From an uncultured Trueperaceae bacterium (GTDB lineage: Bacteria; Deinococcota; Deinococci; Deinococcales; Trueperaceae), in the NCBI GenBank assembly GCA_963815215.1, contig CAWFFU010000011.1, positions 192,001 to 256,000 on the forward strand: a DNA stretch of 64,000 nt, given 5' to 3'. Numbering within the stretch: position 1 is the stretch's first letter; each line of letters begins with the position of its first letter. The translations under genes and the position numbers were made by a program. The notes under the pieces are model-generated. The model made no database searches. It was given only the letters and a program-made list of their open reading frames with translations, and was not told the DNA's origin. This document shows, piece by piece, positions 27,626 through 39,938 of the stretch.

Positions 27626-28627
27626 ATGGTTGATCTGGCCATCGTGGGCGCCGGCCCCATCGGCATCGAAACCGCCATCCTCGCCAAGCGCGCCGGGTTG
27701 GACTACCGGCTCATCGAGAAGGGTTGCATCGTCAACGCCATCGCCGGCTACCCGACCTACATGACCTTCTTCACCACCTCCGAGCGGCTCGAGGTGGGCG
27801 GGCACCCGCTGGTCACCGCCACCGACAAGCCGACCCGCAAGGAGGCACTCGACTACTACCGCAAGGTCGTCCAGAACGAACGGCTCGAGCTCGCCTCCTA
27901 CACCGAGGTCAGCGCCATCGAGCGGGCCGACGAGGGCTTCACGGTCCGCACGCGCTCGCTGGCCCCCGGCGACGACGGCGAGAGCGTCCTCGAGGCACGC
28001 TGCGTCGCCCTGGCCACAGGCTACTTCGACAACCCCAAGCCGCTCGGCGTTCCCGGCGAGGACCTGCCGAACGTCAGCCACTACTACAGCGAGGCGCACC
28101 CGTTCTTCGAGCGCAACGTGACCATCGTCGGAGCCGGCAGCTCGGCCGCTGACGCCGCGCTCGACCTGTTCCGCGGCGGGGCGCACGTGAGCATGGTCCA
28201 CCGCGGTGTGGACTTCCGGCACAGCCTCAAGTACTGGATCCGCCCCAACCTGGTCAACCGCGTCAAGGAGGGCTCCATCGCCGCCCACTTCGATACCGTC
28301 GTGCGCGAGATCCGGCCCGACCGCGTGATCGCCGAGACGGGTGGCGTTCGCTTCGAGATCCCCACCGACCAGACCTTCGTGCTGACCGGCTACTATGCCG
28401 CCCCTGAGCTCCTGCGATCGGCCGGCGTGACGCTCGACGGTTCGACCCTCGCCGCCCGGCTCGACGCCGATTCCTTCGAGAGCGACGTCCCCGGCCTGTT
28501 CGTGGTGGGCTCCGCCGGGTTCGGCACGCGCACCAGCGACGTGTTCATCGAGAACGGCATCGTGCACGCCCGCAAGGCCATGGCCGCCATCACCCGGCGG
28601 CTGCAACGCGTCGCCAGCGTCGCCTGA
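27626..28627 (+). CDS. ypdA: YpdA-family putative bacillithiol disulfide reductase
   Basis: GAGPIG, YPTYMTFFTT, KPTRKEALDYYR, KYWIRP and FIENG motifs. Confidence 0.9.
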   Translation: MVDLAIVGAGPIGIETAILAKRAGLDYRLIEKGCIVNAIAGYPTYMTFFTTSERLEVGGHPLVTATDKPTRKEALDYYRKVVQNERLELASYTEVSAIERADEGFTVRTRSLAPGDDGESVLEARCVALATGYFDNPKPLGVPGEDLPNVSHYYSEAHPFFERNVTIVGAGSSAADAALDLFRGGAHVSMVHRGVDFRHSLKYWIRPNLVNRVKEGSIAAHFDTVVREIRPDRVIAETGGVRFEIPTDQTFVLTGYYAAPELLRSAGVTLDGSTLAARLDADSFESDVPGLFVVGSAGFGTRTSDVFIENGIVHARKAMAAITRRLQRVASVA

Positions 28628-28739
28628 ATCTGCGCACCGGGCGCGGCTCGGCCGGCACCGGTCGGGCGGCGCCCGTTGCGACGTCCGCGGCAGACCCCGC
28701 GCCGCTCGCCCGTAGACTGGAGCGAGGAGGCACGTGGTC

Positions 28740-29258
28740 ATGAGGAATCGCAATCAGGTCATCGGCATCATCCTGATCGTCGTCGGCATCCTCGTCCTGA
28801 TGGGGCGCATGGCCGGCGCCGGCAACATCGGTTGGCCGTTGTTCGTCCTTCTACCGGGCGTCGCGCTGCTGGCGTGGGCGTTCCTGGGAGGCGAGGAAGC
28901 AACGACGCTGGCCATCCCCGGCAGCATCGTCACCACTGTCGGCCTGATCCTGTTCGTGCAGAACCTCGGCGACTACTTCCAGTCGTGGTCCTACGCCTGG
29001 GGTCTCATCGTGTCGGGGGTAGGCTTCGGGATCTTCCTGCAAGGGGCCCTCACCGCCGATCACGACCGTGAGCGCGAGGGCATGCGCGTCGTGACGGTGG
29101 GTCTCGCGCTGTTCGCCGCCTTCGGCGCCTTCTTCGAGTTCTTCGTGTTCGACAACTGGGCGGGGAGCTGGGTCGGCCGCTGGCTGCTGCCGCTGGCCCT
29201 CATCGCCGCCGGCCTGGTGCTCTGGGCCCGCCGCGGGGGCGACCGCGCCGAACCGTGA
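28740..29258 (+). CDS. Multi-pass membrane protein (LiaI/LiaF-like)
   Basis: GIILIVVGILVL...WPLFVLLPG pattern; about 6 TM helices. Confidence 0.65.
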   Translation: MRNRNQVIGIILIVVGILVLMGRMAGAGNIGWPLFVLLPGVALLAWAFLGGEEATTLAIPGSIVTTVGLILFVQNLGDYFQSWSYAWGLIVSGVGFGIFLQGALTADHDREREGMRVVTVGLALFAAFGAFFEFFVFDNWAGSWVGRWLLPLALIAAGLVLWARRGGDRAEP

Positions 29259-30268
29259 GGTCCGGCCGCGCACGGCGCGACCTGTTGCCCGCCCTGCTGA
29301 TCGCCGGCGGTGTTCTGTGGCTGCTGGTCCAGATCGGCTTCGTGCCGGTCCGGGTGCTGTCGGCGTTGGCGTTCACCTGGCCGCTGCTGCTGATCGGCGT
29401 GGGCCTCGACCTGCTGCGCGTCCGGCGCCCCTGGGCGCTGCCCTACACCGGGCTCGCGGCGGTCGTGGTGGTGCTGGCGGCGCTCGTCGTCCCCGCCGGC
29501 AGCGCGGGGCCGCAGGCAACCACCTTCCACGCTCCGGTGGGGGCGGCGCGGAGCGCCACCGTGCGCCTCGAGCTGTCGAGCGCGCCCACCCGCGTGTCCG
29601 CCGCAACCGACGGCGCCGCACTGCTCGACGCCCAGATCCAGGGCCGGCCGGCCGCTGCCTTCCAGGTGCGCGGCGATCGTGACAAGACCGTGACGGTGCG
29701 CGCGCAGAACCGCGCGCCCTGGCTCGGCTTCGGCACGAGTCGTTGGCAACTCGCGCTGGGACGCAGCCTCCCGCTCGACCTGACCGTCGAGGGCGGTTCG
29801 GGCAGCGCCACGCTCGATCTCGACGGCCTGCAACTCAGTGGCCTGCGGGCCGACGTGGGTTCCGGCTCGATGACCCTGGCCCTGCCCGGCCAGGTCGATC
29901 GCTACCGCGCCAGCATCGACGGCGGCAGCGGTGCAACACGCGTCACCGTCGCCGCCGGCGCGTCGCTCGATCTGGCGCTCGACCTGGGATCGGGCCCGAC
30001 CGATCTCGCCCTACCGCCCGGCGGGCGCTCGAGCGTGACCCTTCGCGCCGGTAGCGGCCCGGTCACCATCGACGTTCCCGAGACTGCGGCGGTGCGCCTC
30101 GAGGTCCGCGACGACGGGTCCGGTCCGCTCCGGGTAGCGCCCTTCCTGACGAGACAGAGCGGCTCGGGCGACACCGGAGTCTGGGAATCGGCGGCCGGCG
30201 CGGGTCCCGGCGGCGAGATCGCGATCACGGTGATGGGCGCCGGATCGGGCAGCCTCACGATCCGCTGA
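29255..30268 (+). CDS. Membrane protein with a C-terminal toast-rack/DUF4097-like beta-repeat domain
   Basis: N-terminal WPLLLIGVGLDLL TM helices; repeated GSG-x-x-x-L motifs. Confidence 0.7.
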   Translation: MRSGRARRDLLPALLIAGGVLWLLVQIGFVPVRVLSALAFTWPLLLIGVGLDLLRVRRPWALPYTGLAAVVVVLAALVVPAGSAGPQATTFHAPVGAARSATVRLELSSAPTRVSAATDGAALLDAQIQGRPAAAFQVRGDRDKTVTVRAQNRAPWLGFGTSRWQLALGRSLPLDLTVEGGSGSATLDLDGLQLSGLRADVGSGSMTLALPGQVDRYRASIDGGSGATRVTVAAGASLDLALDLGSGPTDLALPPGGRSSVTLRAGSGPVTIDVPETAAVRLEVRDDGSGPLRVAPFLTRQSGSGDTGVWESAAGAGPGGEIAITVMGAGSGSLTIR

Positions 30269-30297
30269 GGGAGGCGGGCGGCGGTATGCTGCCCGCC

Positions 30298-31347
30298 ATG
30301 ACACTCGACCTCTCCTTCCTCCGGGAGCTGACCTCCGCGGCCGGCACGTCGGGCTTCGAGGCGCGCCCCGCCGCGGTCTGGCGTTCGCACGCCGAGGCGG
30401 CCGGCGCCCAGCTCGCGACCGACGCCTACGGCAGCGTCTTCGCCACCTTCCGGCCCGGCGGGAAGCCGCGCGTGATGCTCGCCGGGCACATCGACGAGAT
30501 AGGGCTCATCGTCAGCTACGTCGACGACAACGGCTTCCTCTACGTGCGTCCGGTCGGCGGCTGGGACCCGATGCAGCTCATCGGGCAGCGCGTCCGCGTG
30601 CTCGGGCACGCCGGCGACGTGCTCGGGCTGGTCGGCAAGAAGGCCATCCACCTGATGAGTGCCGACGATCGACGCAAGGTGCCCAGCATGGACGACCTGT
30701 GGATCGATATCGGTGCGACCTCCCGCGAGGAGGCCGCGGCCCACGTGCGAGCGGGCGACACCGCGGTCATCGAGCAGCCGTTCCTGGAGCTGCTCAACGG
30801 CCGGGTGGCGAGCCGCGCCATCGACGATCGCATCGGCGCCTACGTGGCGTTGGAGGCGGCCCGCCGCGCCGGCGGCTCGGCCGAGGTGGTCGCAGTGGCG
30901 ACCGTGCAGGAGGAGATCGGAGGGGTGGGCGCGCGGGCCGCGGCATTCGCGCTCGAGCCCGATGTCGCCATCGCCATCGACGTCACGCACGCCATCGACA
31001 CGCCCGGTCTGGAGAAGAAGCTGCACGGAGACGTAACGCTGGGCGGCGGCCCGGTGCTGACCGCCGGTTCCTACGTGCACCGCCGCGTGATGGAGGGCCT
31101 GCGCGCCACCGCCGAGCGCGAGTCGATCCCCGTGAGCATCGGGGTCTCGCCGCGACGCACCGCCACCGACGCCGATCACATCGCTCCGACGCGGGCGGGT
31201 ACGCCCAGCGCCGTGGTTTCGATCCCCAACCGCTACATGCACTCCCCCAACGAGATCGTCGACCTGGCAGACGTGGAACGCACCATCGAGCTGCTCGCCG
31301 CCTTCATCGGCAGCCTCGACGAGGACACGCGCTTCCTGCACGATTGA
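30298..31347 (+). CDS. M42-family metallopeptidase
   Basis: AGHIDEIG, DDRIG, QEEIG, IDVTH and RYMHSP motifs. Confidence 0.92.
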   Translation: MTLDLSFLRELTSAAGTSGFEARPAAVWRSHAEAAGAQLATDAYGSVFATFRPGGKPRVMLAGHIDEIGLIVSYVDDNGFLYVRPVGGWDPMQLIGQRVRVLGHAGDVLGLVGKKAIHLMSADDRRKVPSMDDLWIDIGATSREEAAAHVRAGDTAVIEQPFLELLNGRVASRAIDDRIGAYVALEAARRAGGSAEVVAVATVQEEIGGVGARAAAFALEPDVAIAIDVTHAIDTPGLEKKLHGDVTLGGGPVLTAGSYVHRRVMEGLRATAERESIPVSIGVSPRRTATDADHIAPTRAGTPSAVVSIPNRYMHSPNEIVDLADVERTIELLAAFIGSLDEDTRFLHD

Positions 31348-31364
31348 CCCGGCGCGGCGGGCGC

Positions 31365-31859
31365 TCAGCGGCCACCCTCGAAGCCGACCTTCTCCCAGGT
31401 CAGGTAGAGGGCGGCCGCCACCGCCGCCGACAGGTTGAGCGAGCGCGTTCCCGGCCGCATCGGCAGGCGCAGTGGCGTGGTCTCGTCGAGCACGGCCTCG
31501 GGCAGGCCGCGCGACTCCGGCCCGAAGAGCAGCAGCAGGTCGCCCGGCGAGGCCGCCGCCCGCGCCAGTGCATCGGACCCCGCCGGCCCGCCCCCGGACG
31601 GGCCCCGTGTCGAGAGCGCGAGCACGCGGCCCCGCTCGAACAGCGGGGCGAGGTCGGCCCGGAACGCCGGGTAGCCGGCGTGCACCCGGACGTCCACCCG
31701 TTCCCAGTAGTCCATGCCGGCGCGCCGCAGCGCGCCGGCGTCGAGGCGGAAGCCGAGCGGGCGGATGAGGTGGAGAGCGCTCCCGACCGCCAGGCAGGTG
31801 CGCGCGATCTGGCCGGTGTTCCCGGCGATCTCGGGCTCGAGCAGCGCCACGTGCAGCAC
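31365..31859 (-). CDS. trmL: tRNA (cytidine/uridine-34-2'-O)-methyltransferase TrmL
   Basis: PEIAGNTGQIARTC, RRAGMDYW, FGPESRGL and RSLNLS motifs. Confidence 0.92.
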   Translation of the reverse strand: MLHVALLEPEIAGNTGQIARTCLAVGSALHLIRPLGFRLDAGALRRAGMDYWERVDVRVHAGYPAFRADLAPLFERGRVLALSTRGPSGGGPAGSDALARAAASPGDLLLLFGPESRGLPEAVLDETTPLRLPMRPGTRSLNLSAAVAAALYLTWEKVGFEGGR

Positions 31860-31929
31860 GGCGCCAGTGTGACATACCGGTGCGCGACCCGGCAGCGCGC
31901 TCAGCAGCCGCTACACTGACGCCAGGACC

Positions 31930-34416
31930 ATGCGGCTCATCGTCACCCACGAGCAACCCGATTTCGATGCCCTGGCCAGCCTGGCCCTGGCGGGGCTGCT
32001 CTTCCCCAACGCCACCGCGACCGTGCAGGGCGCTCTGAGCCCCGGCCTCACCGCCTTCCTGCGGCTCTACCGCGACCAGCTCGAGCTCGCCGACCCCCAG
32101 GCCGTCGACCTCGACACCGTTACCGAGCTCATCGTGGTCGACACCGCCGACGCCAGCCGCATCCGCCCCTTCGATCGCCTGGTGGGCACGGTCCCGACCA
32201 CCCTGTACGACCACCACCCTGCCCCCGCCATACCGATCCCCGCGGCGCGCGGCCTGCGTGAGCAGCTAGGTGCCACCGCCACCCTGCTCACTCGCGAGCT
32301 GATGGCCACCGGCATCGTCATCCCCCCGCCGATCGCCAGCCTGGCGCTGCTGGGAATCCACGAGGACACCGGCAACCTCAGCTACGACCTCACGCGGCCC
32401 GACGATTACCGTGCCGCGGCCCATCTGCTGGCCAGCGGCGCCAGCCTTCAACTCGTGAGGCGCTTCACCGTCGATGCGATCTCGCCCGAGCACCACGCGT
32501 TCAGGGACGCCATGCTCGACGCGGCCCAACCGGTGTCGGTGGCGGGGCGCCGCGTCAGCGTGGCGGCCTTCGACTACCCCCACTACGTTCCCGGCGTCTC
32601 CGGGCTCGCCAACGACCTGCTCGAGGTCCACCACGCCGATGCGGCCGTCGTCGCAGTACGCATGCAGGGCAAGACGCTGGTCTTCGCGCGCGCCTCGGAG
32701 CGCTTCGACGTCGCCGCGGCCCTGCACGACGCCCTCGGCGGCGGCGGCCACCCCGGCGCCGCCTACGCCAAGGCCGACCTCGACCCAGACACGGCGGCGC
32801 AGCGCGTGCTGGACGCGCTGGCGCTGCATGCTACGCCGGTGCTAACCGCCGCAGACCTGATGAGCGCTCCCGTGAAGACCGCACTCGAGAGCGCCACCGT
32901 CGCCGAGGTCCAGCAGCAGCTCCAGCTCTACGGGCACAACGGTATGCCGGTGTTGAGCGACCAGGGAGCGCTCGTCGGGGTGGTCTCGCGCCGCGACCTG
33001 GAGCGCGCGTTGCGGCACGGCCTGGGGCGCAGCCGGGTCTCGGGCTTCATGAGCCGGAACGTCGTCACGGCCGGCCGGAACGCGGTCCTGGTCGAGCTCG
33101 AGGAGCTGGTGCTGCGCCATAACATCGGCCGCATCCCCGTCCTGGACCGTGGCAACCTGGTCGGCATCGTCACCCGCACCGACCTCATCGCCGCCCGTCA
33201 CCGGCGGCCCAGCTCGGAGGATCCCGCCCGCGGGCTCCTCGAACGGCTCCCGCCCAGCGCCCAGCAGGCGCTCCGAGCGGCTCGTGCGGTGGCCGGCGAC
33301 GCGTCGCTCTACCTCGTCGGCGGTACCGTGCGCGACGCGTTGCTCGGTGCGGGCTTCAAGGACCTCGACCTGGCGGTCGAAGGGGGCACCGCCGAGCACC
33401 TCGGCTCACGGCTGAACGCCCGTCTGGGCGGCACGCTGTCCTGCCACGTTCCCTTCGGGACCTGCACGCTCACACTGGAAGACGGGCTCGTGATCGACCT
33501 GGCGACCGCGCGCGAGGAGATCTACGACCACCCCGGCGCGCTGCCGGCCGTCACCCCCAGCACGGTCCGCAAAGACCTCTCGCGGCGCGACTTCACCGTC
33601 AACGCGCTGGCCCTGCGATTCCACCCGGACCCGCCGGAGTTGATCGATCCCTACGGCGGCACCGACGACCTGCGCACCAAGCAGCTGCGCGTGCTGCACC
33701 CGTTGTCGTTCATCGAAGACCCTACGCGGGTGCTGCGCGGGGCGCGGCTGGCGGGGAGGCTCGGCTTCCACTTCGAGCCCACCACGGCGGAGCGCGCCCA
33801 CGACGCGCTGGCCCCCGCCATCATCGACAACGTCAGCGGCGGCCGACTGCGCGGCGAGCTGGAGCTCACCCTGGCGGAGCCGAGGGTGACACCGGCGCTG
33901 CGCAGCCTGCACGACGTCGGCGGGCTGGCCGCGCTGTTCGGGCTCCAAGCGGATTGGTCCCTGCTGAAGGCGCTAGACGAGCAGCGCCACGAGCGCGACG
34001 TGCCCGACGAGGCCTACCTGCTGGCGCTGTTGCTGTCCAGCGACGACAGCGCGGCCGCTTCGCACCTCGAGGCTTTCCACTGGCCCCGGCGCTACGGTCA
34101 CCTGCGCGACCGGCTCCGCGCCATGCTGCGAGCAGAGCACGTTCGAGACGAAGATCTCGAGGGGCTCGACGACGCCGCCCGCGTCTTGCTGCGCTGCCTC
34201 TCCCCCGAGCTCTCCAGCCGCCTGACGCGGCTAGAAGAGGGGCCGCCCCGCCGCCGGCTGCGCGGGAGGGACGTGTTAGACTTGGGCTTGGCGCCTGGAC
34301 CGGCCGTGGGACGCGTTCTCGACGAGGTCGCGCGCGCTCGCGCCGACCAACGGGTGCGGACGTTCGAAGACGAGGTCGAGATGGCCAGGCAGCTCGTTGA
34401 AGAGCTGCAGTCGTAA
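31930..34416 (+). CDS. DHH-CBS-domain tRNA nucleotidyltransferase (A-adding/CCA type)
   Basis: DFDA/DHH N-terminus, GGGHP, tandem CBS domains, VGGTVRD..DLD, RRDFTVNA and EDPTRVLR motifs. Confidence 0.92.
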   Translation: MRLIVTHEQPDFDALASLALAGLLFPNATATVQGALSPGLTAFLRLYRDQLELADPQAVDLDTVTELIVVDTADASRIRPFDRLVGTVPTTLYDHHPAPAIPIPAARGLREQLGATATLLTRELMATGIVIPPPIASLALLGIHEDTGNLSYDLTRPDDYRAAAHLLASGASLQLVRRFTVDAISPEHHAFRDAMLDAAQPVSVAGRRVSVAAFDYPHYVPGVSGLANDLLEVHHADAAVVAVRMQGKTLVFARASERFDVAAALHDALGGGGHPGAAYAKADLDPDTAAQRVLDALALHATPVLTAADLMSAPVKTALESATVAEVQQQLQLYGHNGMPVLSDQGALVGVVSRRDLERALRHGLGRSRVSGFMSRNVVTAGRNAVLVELEELVLRHNIGRIPVLDRGNLVGIVTRTDLIAARHRRPSSEDPARGLLERLPPSAQQALRAARAVAGDASLYLVGGTVRDALLGAGFKDLDLAVEGGTAEHLGSRLNARLGGTLSCHVPFGTCTLTLEDGLVIDLATAREEIYDHPGALPAVTPSTVRKDLSRRDFTVNALALRFHPDPPELIDPYGGTDDLRTKQLRVLHPLSFIEDPTRVLRGARLAGRLGFHFEPTTAERAHDALAPAIIDNVSGGRLRGELELTLAEPRVTPALRSLHDVGGLAALFGLQADWSLLKALDEQRHERDVPDEAYLLALLLSSDDSAAASHLEAFHWPRRYGHLRDRLRAMLRAEHVRDEDLEGLDDAARVLLRCLSPELSSRLTRLEEGPPRRRLRGRDVLDLGLAPGPAVGRVLDEVARARADQRVRTFEDEVEMARQLVEELQS

Positions 34417-34437
34417 CGAAGTGGCCGGGAGTTTGCC

Positions 34438-35070
34438 ATGATCCTGAGGTACTACAACGACCCCACCGTGCTGGTGATCAGTGCCGTCGTCATGGTCATC
34501 GCGCTGATCTTCCACAACATCGTGCAGAGCTTCGTCGCGGCGCGTATGGGGGACAGCACGCCCCGCTTCTCGGGCTTCATGGCCTTCGATCCGCAACGCC
34601 AGCTCGATCCCTTCGGGGTGCTGTTCCTGTTCCTCCTCGGCTTCGGATGGCCCAACGCGGTGCCGGTGAACGGCCGCAACTACCACGGGCGCGGCCGCCG
34701 GGAGGCGTGGGTGTGGCTGTCGGGGATCGGCGCCTACCTGGTGATCGGGTTCTTGAGCCTCGCGGCCTCGGTCGCGTTCGTGAGCCTGGGCCAGGTGCAC
34801 CTCGCTGTCGCCTTCCAGGCCGCTGCTGCCTATGCCGTCGTGCACGCCGTGATCAACCTGTTCCCGGTGCTGCCGCTCGACATGGCTCACGCGGCGTTGG
34901 CGTGGGGCAACCCCAGCGTGCGCCGCGTCATCCAGCAGATCGCCGGCTTCGGCGTCCTCGGCTTCATGGTGTTCTTCTTCATCCTGAGCTTCCTGGGCGT
35001 GATCAGCGGGCTGGTGCGCCTGTTCCTTCAGATCTTCCTGAACATCATCGCCGCGCTGACCGGCCTCTGA
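34438..35070 (+). CDS. Site-2 protease (M50)-like membrane protein with a degenerate active site
   Basis: GDSTPR, DPFG, FGWPNAVPVN and NLFPVLPLD motifs; HExxH replaced by HNIVQ. Confidence 0.8.
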   Translation: MILRYYNDPTVLVISAVVMVIALIFHNIVQSFVAARMGDSTPRFSGFMAFDPQRQLDPFGVLFLFLLGFGWPNAVPVNGRNYHGRGRREAWVWLSGIGAYLVIGFLSLAASVAFVSLGQVHLAVAFQAAAAYAVVHAVINLFPVLPLDMAHAALAWGNPSVRRVIQQIAGFGVLGFMVFFFILSFLGVISGLVRLFLQIFLNIIAALTGL

Positions 35071-35115
35071 TCGGCCCTATTCTCCGGCCCCGGACCGGAA
35101 CCCGCACCCGGCCGC

Positions 35116-37169
<2,054 letters not shown>

Positions 37170-37170
<1 letters not shown>

Positions 37171-37934
37171 CAGGCGACCTCGGCGATCACGAGGGTGATG
37201 TTGTCCGGCCCCCCGCGGTCGTTGGCCAGCGAGATCAGGTACTCGACACTGAGCTGACGGTTGGCGGTGCGCTTGATCTCGCCGAGGATCTCCTCGGGTT
37301 TCACCAGCCCGTGAAGGCCGTCGGTGGAGATGACGAACACGTCGCCCGGCTCGACGCCGATCTCGATGACGTCGGGGGCGACCTGAGGGCGGGTGCCCAG
37401 GGCACGAGTGATGAGGTTGCGCCACTCGTGCTGCTCGGCCTCGTCTTCGCTGAGGAGCCCCTTCTCGAGCTGCTCCTCGACCCACGAGTGATCCTTGGTG
37501 AGCTGGTAGATCTTGTTGCCACGAACCATGTAGGCGCGCGAGTCGCCGACGTGGCCGACGTGAGCCCTGCGCCCCAGCACCGCCACACAGGTGAGGGTGG
37601 TGCCCATGCCCCGACGCCCCTGGTTCTTGATGGCAGCCGCGTAGACGCGCCGGTTCGCCAGGCGCATCGCCTTCACGGTCAACTTGTCGATCCCGACGAC
37701 CGGGTTGCCGGCGCGCATCTCCTCGACGTAGCGGCTGAACGACTCGTCGAGAACCTCCATCGCCAGCTTGCTCGCCACCTCGCCGGCGGCAGCGCCACCC
37801 ATCCCATCGGCCACGGCAAGGAGCGTCAACTCCCCATCGGCGAGCGGGAACTGCCAGACGCGGTGGTAATCTTCGTTGAGGGGGCGGATCCGACCCACAT
37901 CTGATCCGTGCCCCACGTTCTGTCCGAGCCGCAC
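37170..37934 (-). CDS. PP2C-family Ser/Thr phosphatase (Stp1-like)
   Basis: GRIRPLNED, VADGMGG, MGTT, VGDSRAY, TDGL and GGPDNIT motifs. Confidence 0.95.
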
Positions 37935-38008
37935 GGCGTCAGTCTACCGCGAGCGCATCGTGCCCCGAAAGACAATTCCCACACATGCCGTCAGGCACGT
38001 ACAAGCTG

Positions 38009-38626
38009 TCAGTTCCTCTTGGCTCTGGGGCGCCGCACGGTCTCCAGGTACGGGTAGCTCTCGAGCAGGTGTCGGTAGTCCTGGAACAGCTTCACGGCCT
38101 CGTCCTGCCCGGCCGGGAGCTCGCGGATCCGAAGATAGGCCGTCTCCCCTCCGGGAAGCACGAACGTCGGCGTGCCGAACACGTCGCGCGCGGCGGCGTA
38201 GTGGTGCTCCTGAGCGAGGACGGTGCGGCACTCGGGGTTGGCCAGATCGTCGTTGAAACGCGGCATGTGGAGACCGGTACAGTCGGCGACCTCGTCGATG
38301 ATGCTGCGCGTCAGTGGGCGATGGTCGCGATGGCGCGCCCTCAGCAGACCCAGCCGGAACGCGCCGAAGGCCTCGGAGCCCTGCTTGCGGGCCGCCTGCG
38401 AGGCGAGGAACGGCAGCAGCCCTTTGGTGCCCATGTCGTCCTCCGGGTCGATCGGTTCGTTCCAGAGCTGCCAGCGCTCACGCGGGTCGTGGTTGAACTG
38501 GTAGAGGCTGAAATGGCGCCACTCGAACGCCAGGTCGAGAGGACCGGCCACCCACTCCACCAGCTCCGCTGCGCGCCACGAGTACGGGCAGGTGTAGTCG
38601 AAGAAGACCGTGACCTCTTCCGGCAT
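38009..38626 (-). CDS. DsbA/thioredoxin-fold protein (CxxS)
   Basis: FFDYTCPYSW and VFGTPTF motifs. Confidence 0.8.
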   Translation of the reverse strand: MPEEVTVFFDYTCPYSWRAAELVEWVAGPLDLAFEWRHFSLYQFNHDPRERWQLWNEPIDPEDDMGTKGLLPFLASQAARKQGSEAFGAFRLGLLRARHRDHRPLTRSIIDEVADCTGLHMPRFNDDLANPECRTVLAQEHHYAAARDVFGTPTFVLPGGETAYLRIRELPAGQDEAVKLFQDYRHLLESYPYLETVRRPRAKRN

Positions 38627-38746
38627 GGAGCCATTACAAACCGCCCTCCGGCCGGGACGGGTAGCGCCCGTGACAGCCGTCCTGGCCGTGCGCAATGCGC
38701 ACCCCGGGAGGCCCGACAGAGCACCGCCTACCGCTCGGCAGCGCGC

Positions 38747-39016
38747 TCAGTTCGACTCGTCGGGATCCGACCGCGGCGGCTCGGGTATGGGCCCGTGGTG
38801 CTCCTCGAAGCGCCGGATGTTCTCCTCGAGGCTGCGCAACAACGCCTTGGCGTGACGCGGGCTGGTGATCACGCGGGTGGTGACGACCGGCGACTGCTGG
38901 GGGTAGGCCAGCGCGAAATCCACGATGAACTCGTCGTGGGTGTGGGTGATGACGGCGAGGTTCGCGTAGTGCCCCCCCGCCACCTCCGTTGGGATCTCCA
39001 GGTGGAACTCGTTCAC
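38747..39016 (-). CDS. DUF3467-like small protein
   Basis: GHYANLAVITHTHDEFIVDF...RVITSPRHAKALL..LEENIRRFEE. Confidence 0.8.
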   Translation of the reverse strand: MNEFHLEIPTEVAGGHYANLAVITHTHDEFIVDFALAYPQQSPVVTTRVITSPRHAKALLRSLEENIRRFEEHHGPIPEPPRSDPDESN

Positions 39017-39042
39017 GCCCCCAGCCTACCCGTCGCGCGCGC

Positions 39043-39462
39043 TCAGGGCGACTCGAGACGCCTCAGCGCCTCCGCCAGCAAGACCAGGCGCCGCTTGAGC
39101 TGGAAACGCACGCGCCCCAGGTCCGTGACGTCGGCGAGGCCCACCACCAAGACGTGGACGCGGTCCTCGCTCGCCCCACCATCGATGGGGGCGAGCAGGA
39201 CCGGGCCTTCCTGATACTCCACCAGCGTCTGCTGCACCGCACCGTCACCCAGCAGCCCGCCCAGCGCCCGGCTCGACGCCAGCGCGGTCGGCACCAGCTC
39301 CTGCAAGGCCTGCAACGTGTCCTCGCCCGGCATCACGCCCTCGACCGGCGTCATGCCTTCGACCAACGTGCCATCAGCACCTGCGACGGCCACACTGGTG
39401 ACTCCACGGATCGCCAGGAGTTCGCGCAGGACGTCCTGCAAAGTCCGTTCCGGGATCGTCAC
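39043..39462 (-). CDS. Roadblock/LC7 (MglB-like) protein
   Basis: LLAIRGVTSVAVAGADGTLVE...LGRVRF; GTGA coupling. Confidence 0.8.
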   Translation of the reverse strand: MTIPERTLQDVLRELLAIRGVTSVAVAGADGTLVEGMTPVEGVMPGEDTLQALQELVPTALASSRALGGLLGDGAVQQTLVEYQEGPVLLAPIDGGASEDRVHVLVVGLADVTDLGRVRFQLKRRLVLLAEALRRLESP

Positions 39463-39824
39463 GCGCCCTCTCCGAGCGCCTCGCGCAACTTCCCGACGGT
39501 CGCCCGCGCGGCGTCGAGCGCGCCGCCGGCCTCGTCGCCCGCCAGCACCAGGGCCAGGGCATGATCCCCGAGCAGCAGACATGTCAGGCGGTAGCCCGGC
39601 GCCCGCAGCGTGACCTCATCGGCTTCACCGAGCATCAGGCGGTTCGCGGCCGAGCGACACGCCTCCGCCAGCGCGCCCCCCTCCGCCGCCAGCACGTCGG
39701 CCCGCACGCCGTGGCCGATCATCTCCACCGGGAGGCCGTCGCGCGTCAGGACCAGCGCAGCGACCACCCCGCCCTCCTCGCCGAGCGGCGCCAGCGCTTC
39801 GCGCAGGCGCGCCTGCACGCTCAT
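39459..39824 (-). CDS. Roadblock/LC7 (MglB-like) protein
   Basis: GVVAALVLTRDGLPVE motif; ATGA coupling. Confidence 0.8.
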   Translation of the reverse strand: MSVQARLREALAPLGEEGGVVAALVLTRDGLPVEMIGHGVRADVLAAEGGALAEACRSAANRLMLGEADEVTLRAPGYRLTCLLLGDHALALVLAGDEAGGALDAARATVGKLREALGEGA

Positions 39825-39938
39825 GCGAAGCTCCCTTCGATCTTTCGGGCCGCGTCGCCGGTGAGCAGGCGCGCCTGGGCACTCATGCGAAGCTCCCTTC
39901 GATCTTTCGGGCCGCGTCGCCGGTGAGCAGGCGCGCCT
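39803..39938. repeat. 62-bp tandem duplication bounded by a 12-bp microhomology
   Basis: GCAGGCGCGCCT at 39803, 39865 and 39927; the two 62-bp units differ at 3 positions. Confidence 0.9.

Noticed and set aside
29902..32217. 771-aa minus-strand ORF and many similar long Arg/Pro/Gly-rich ORFs across the window
   Set aside because: Stop-poor shadow frames of high-GC genes that have clear motifs on another frame or strand
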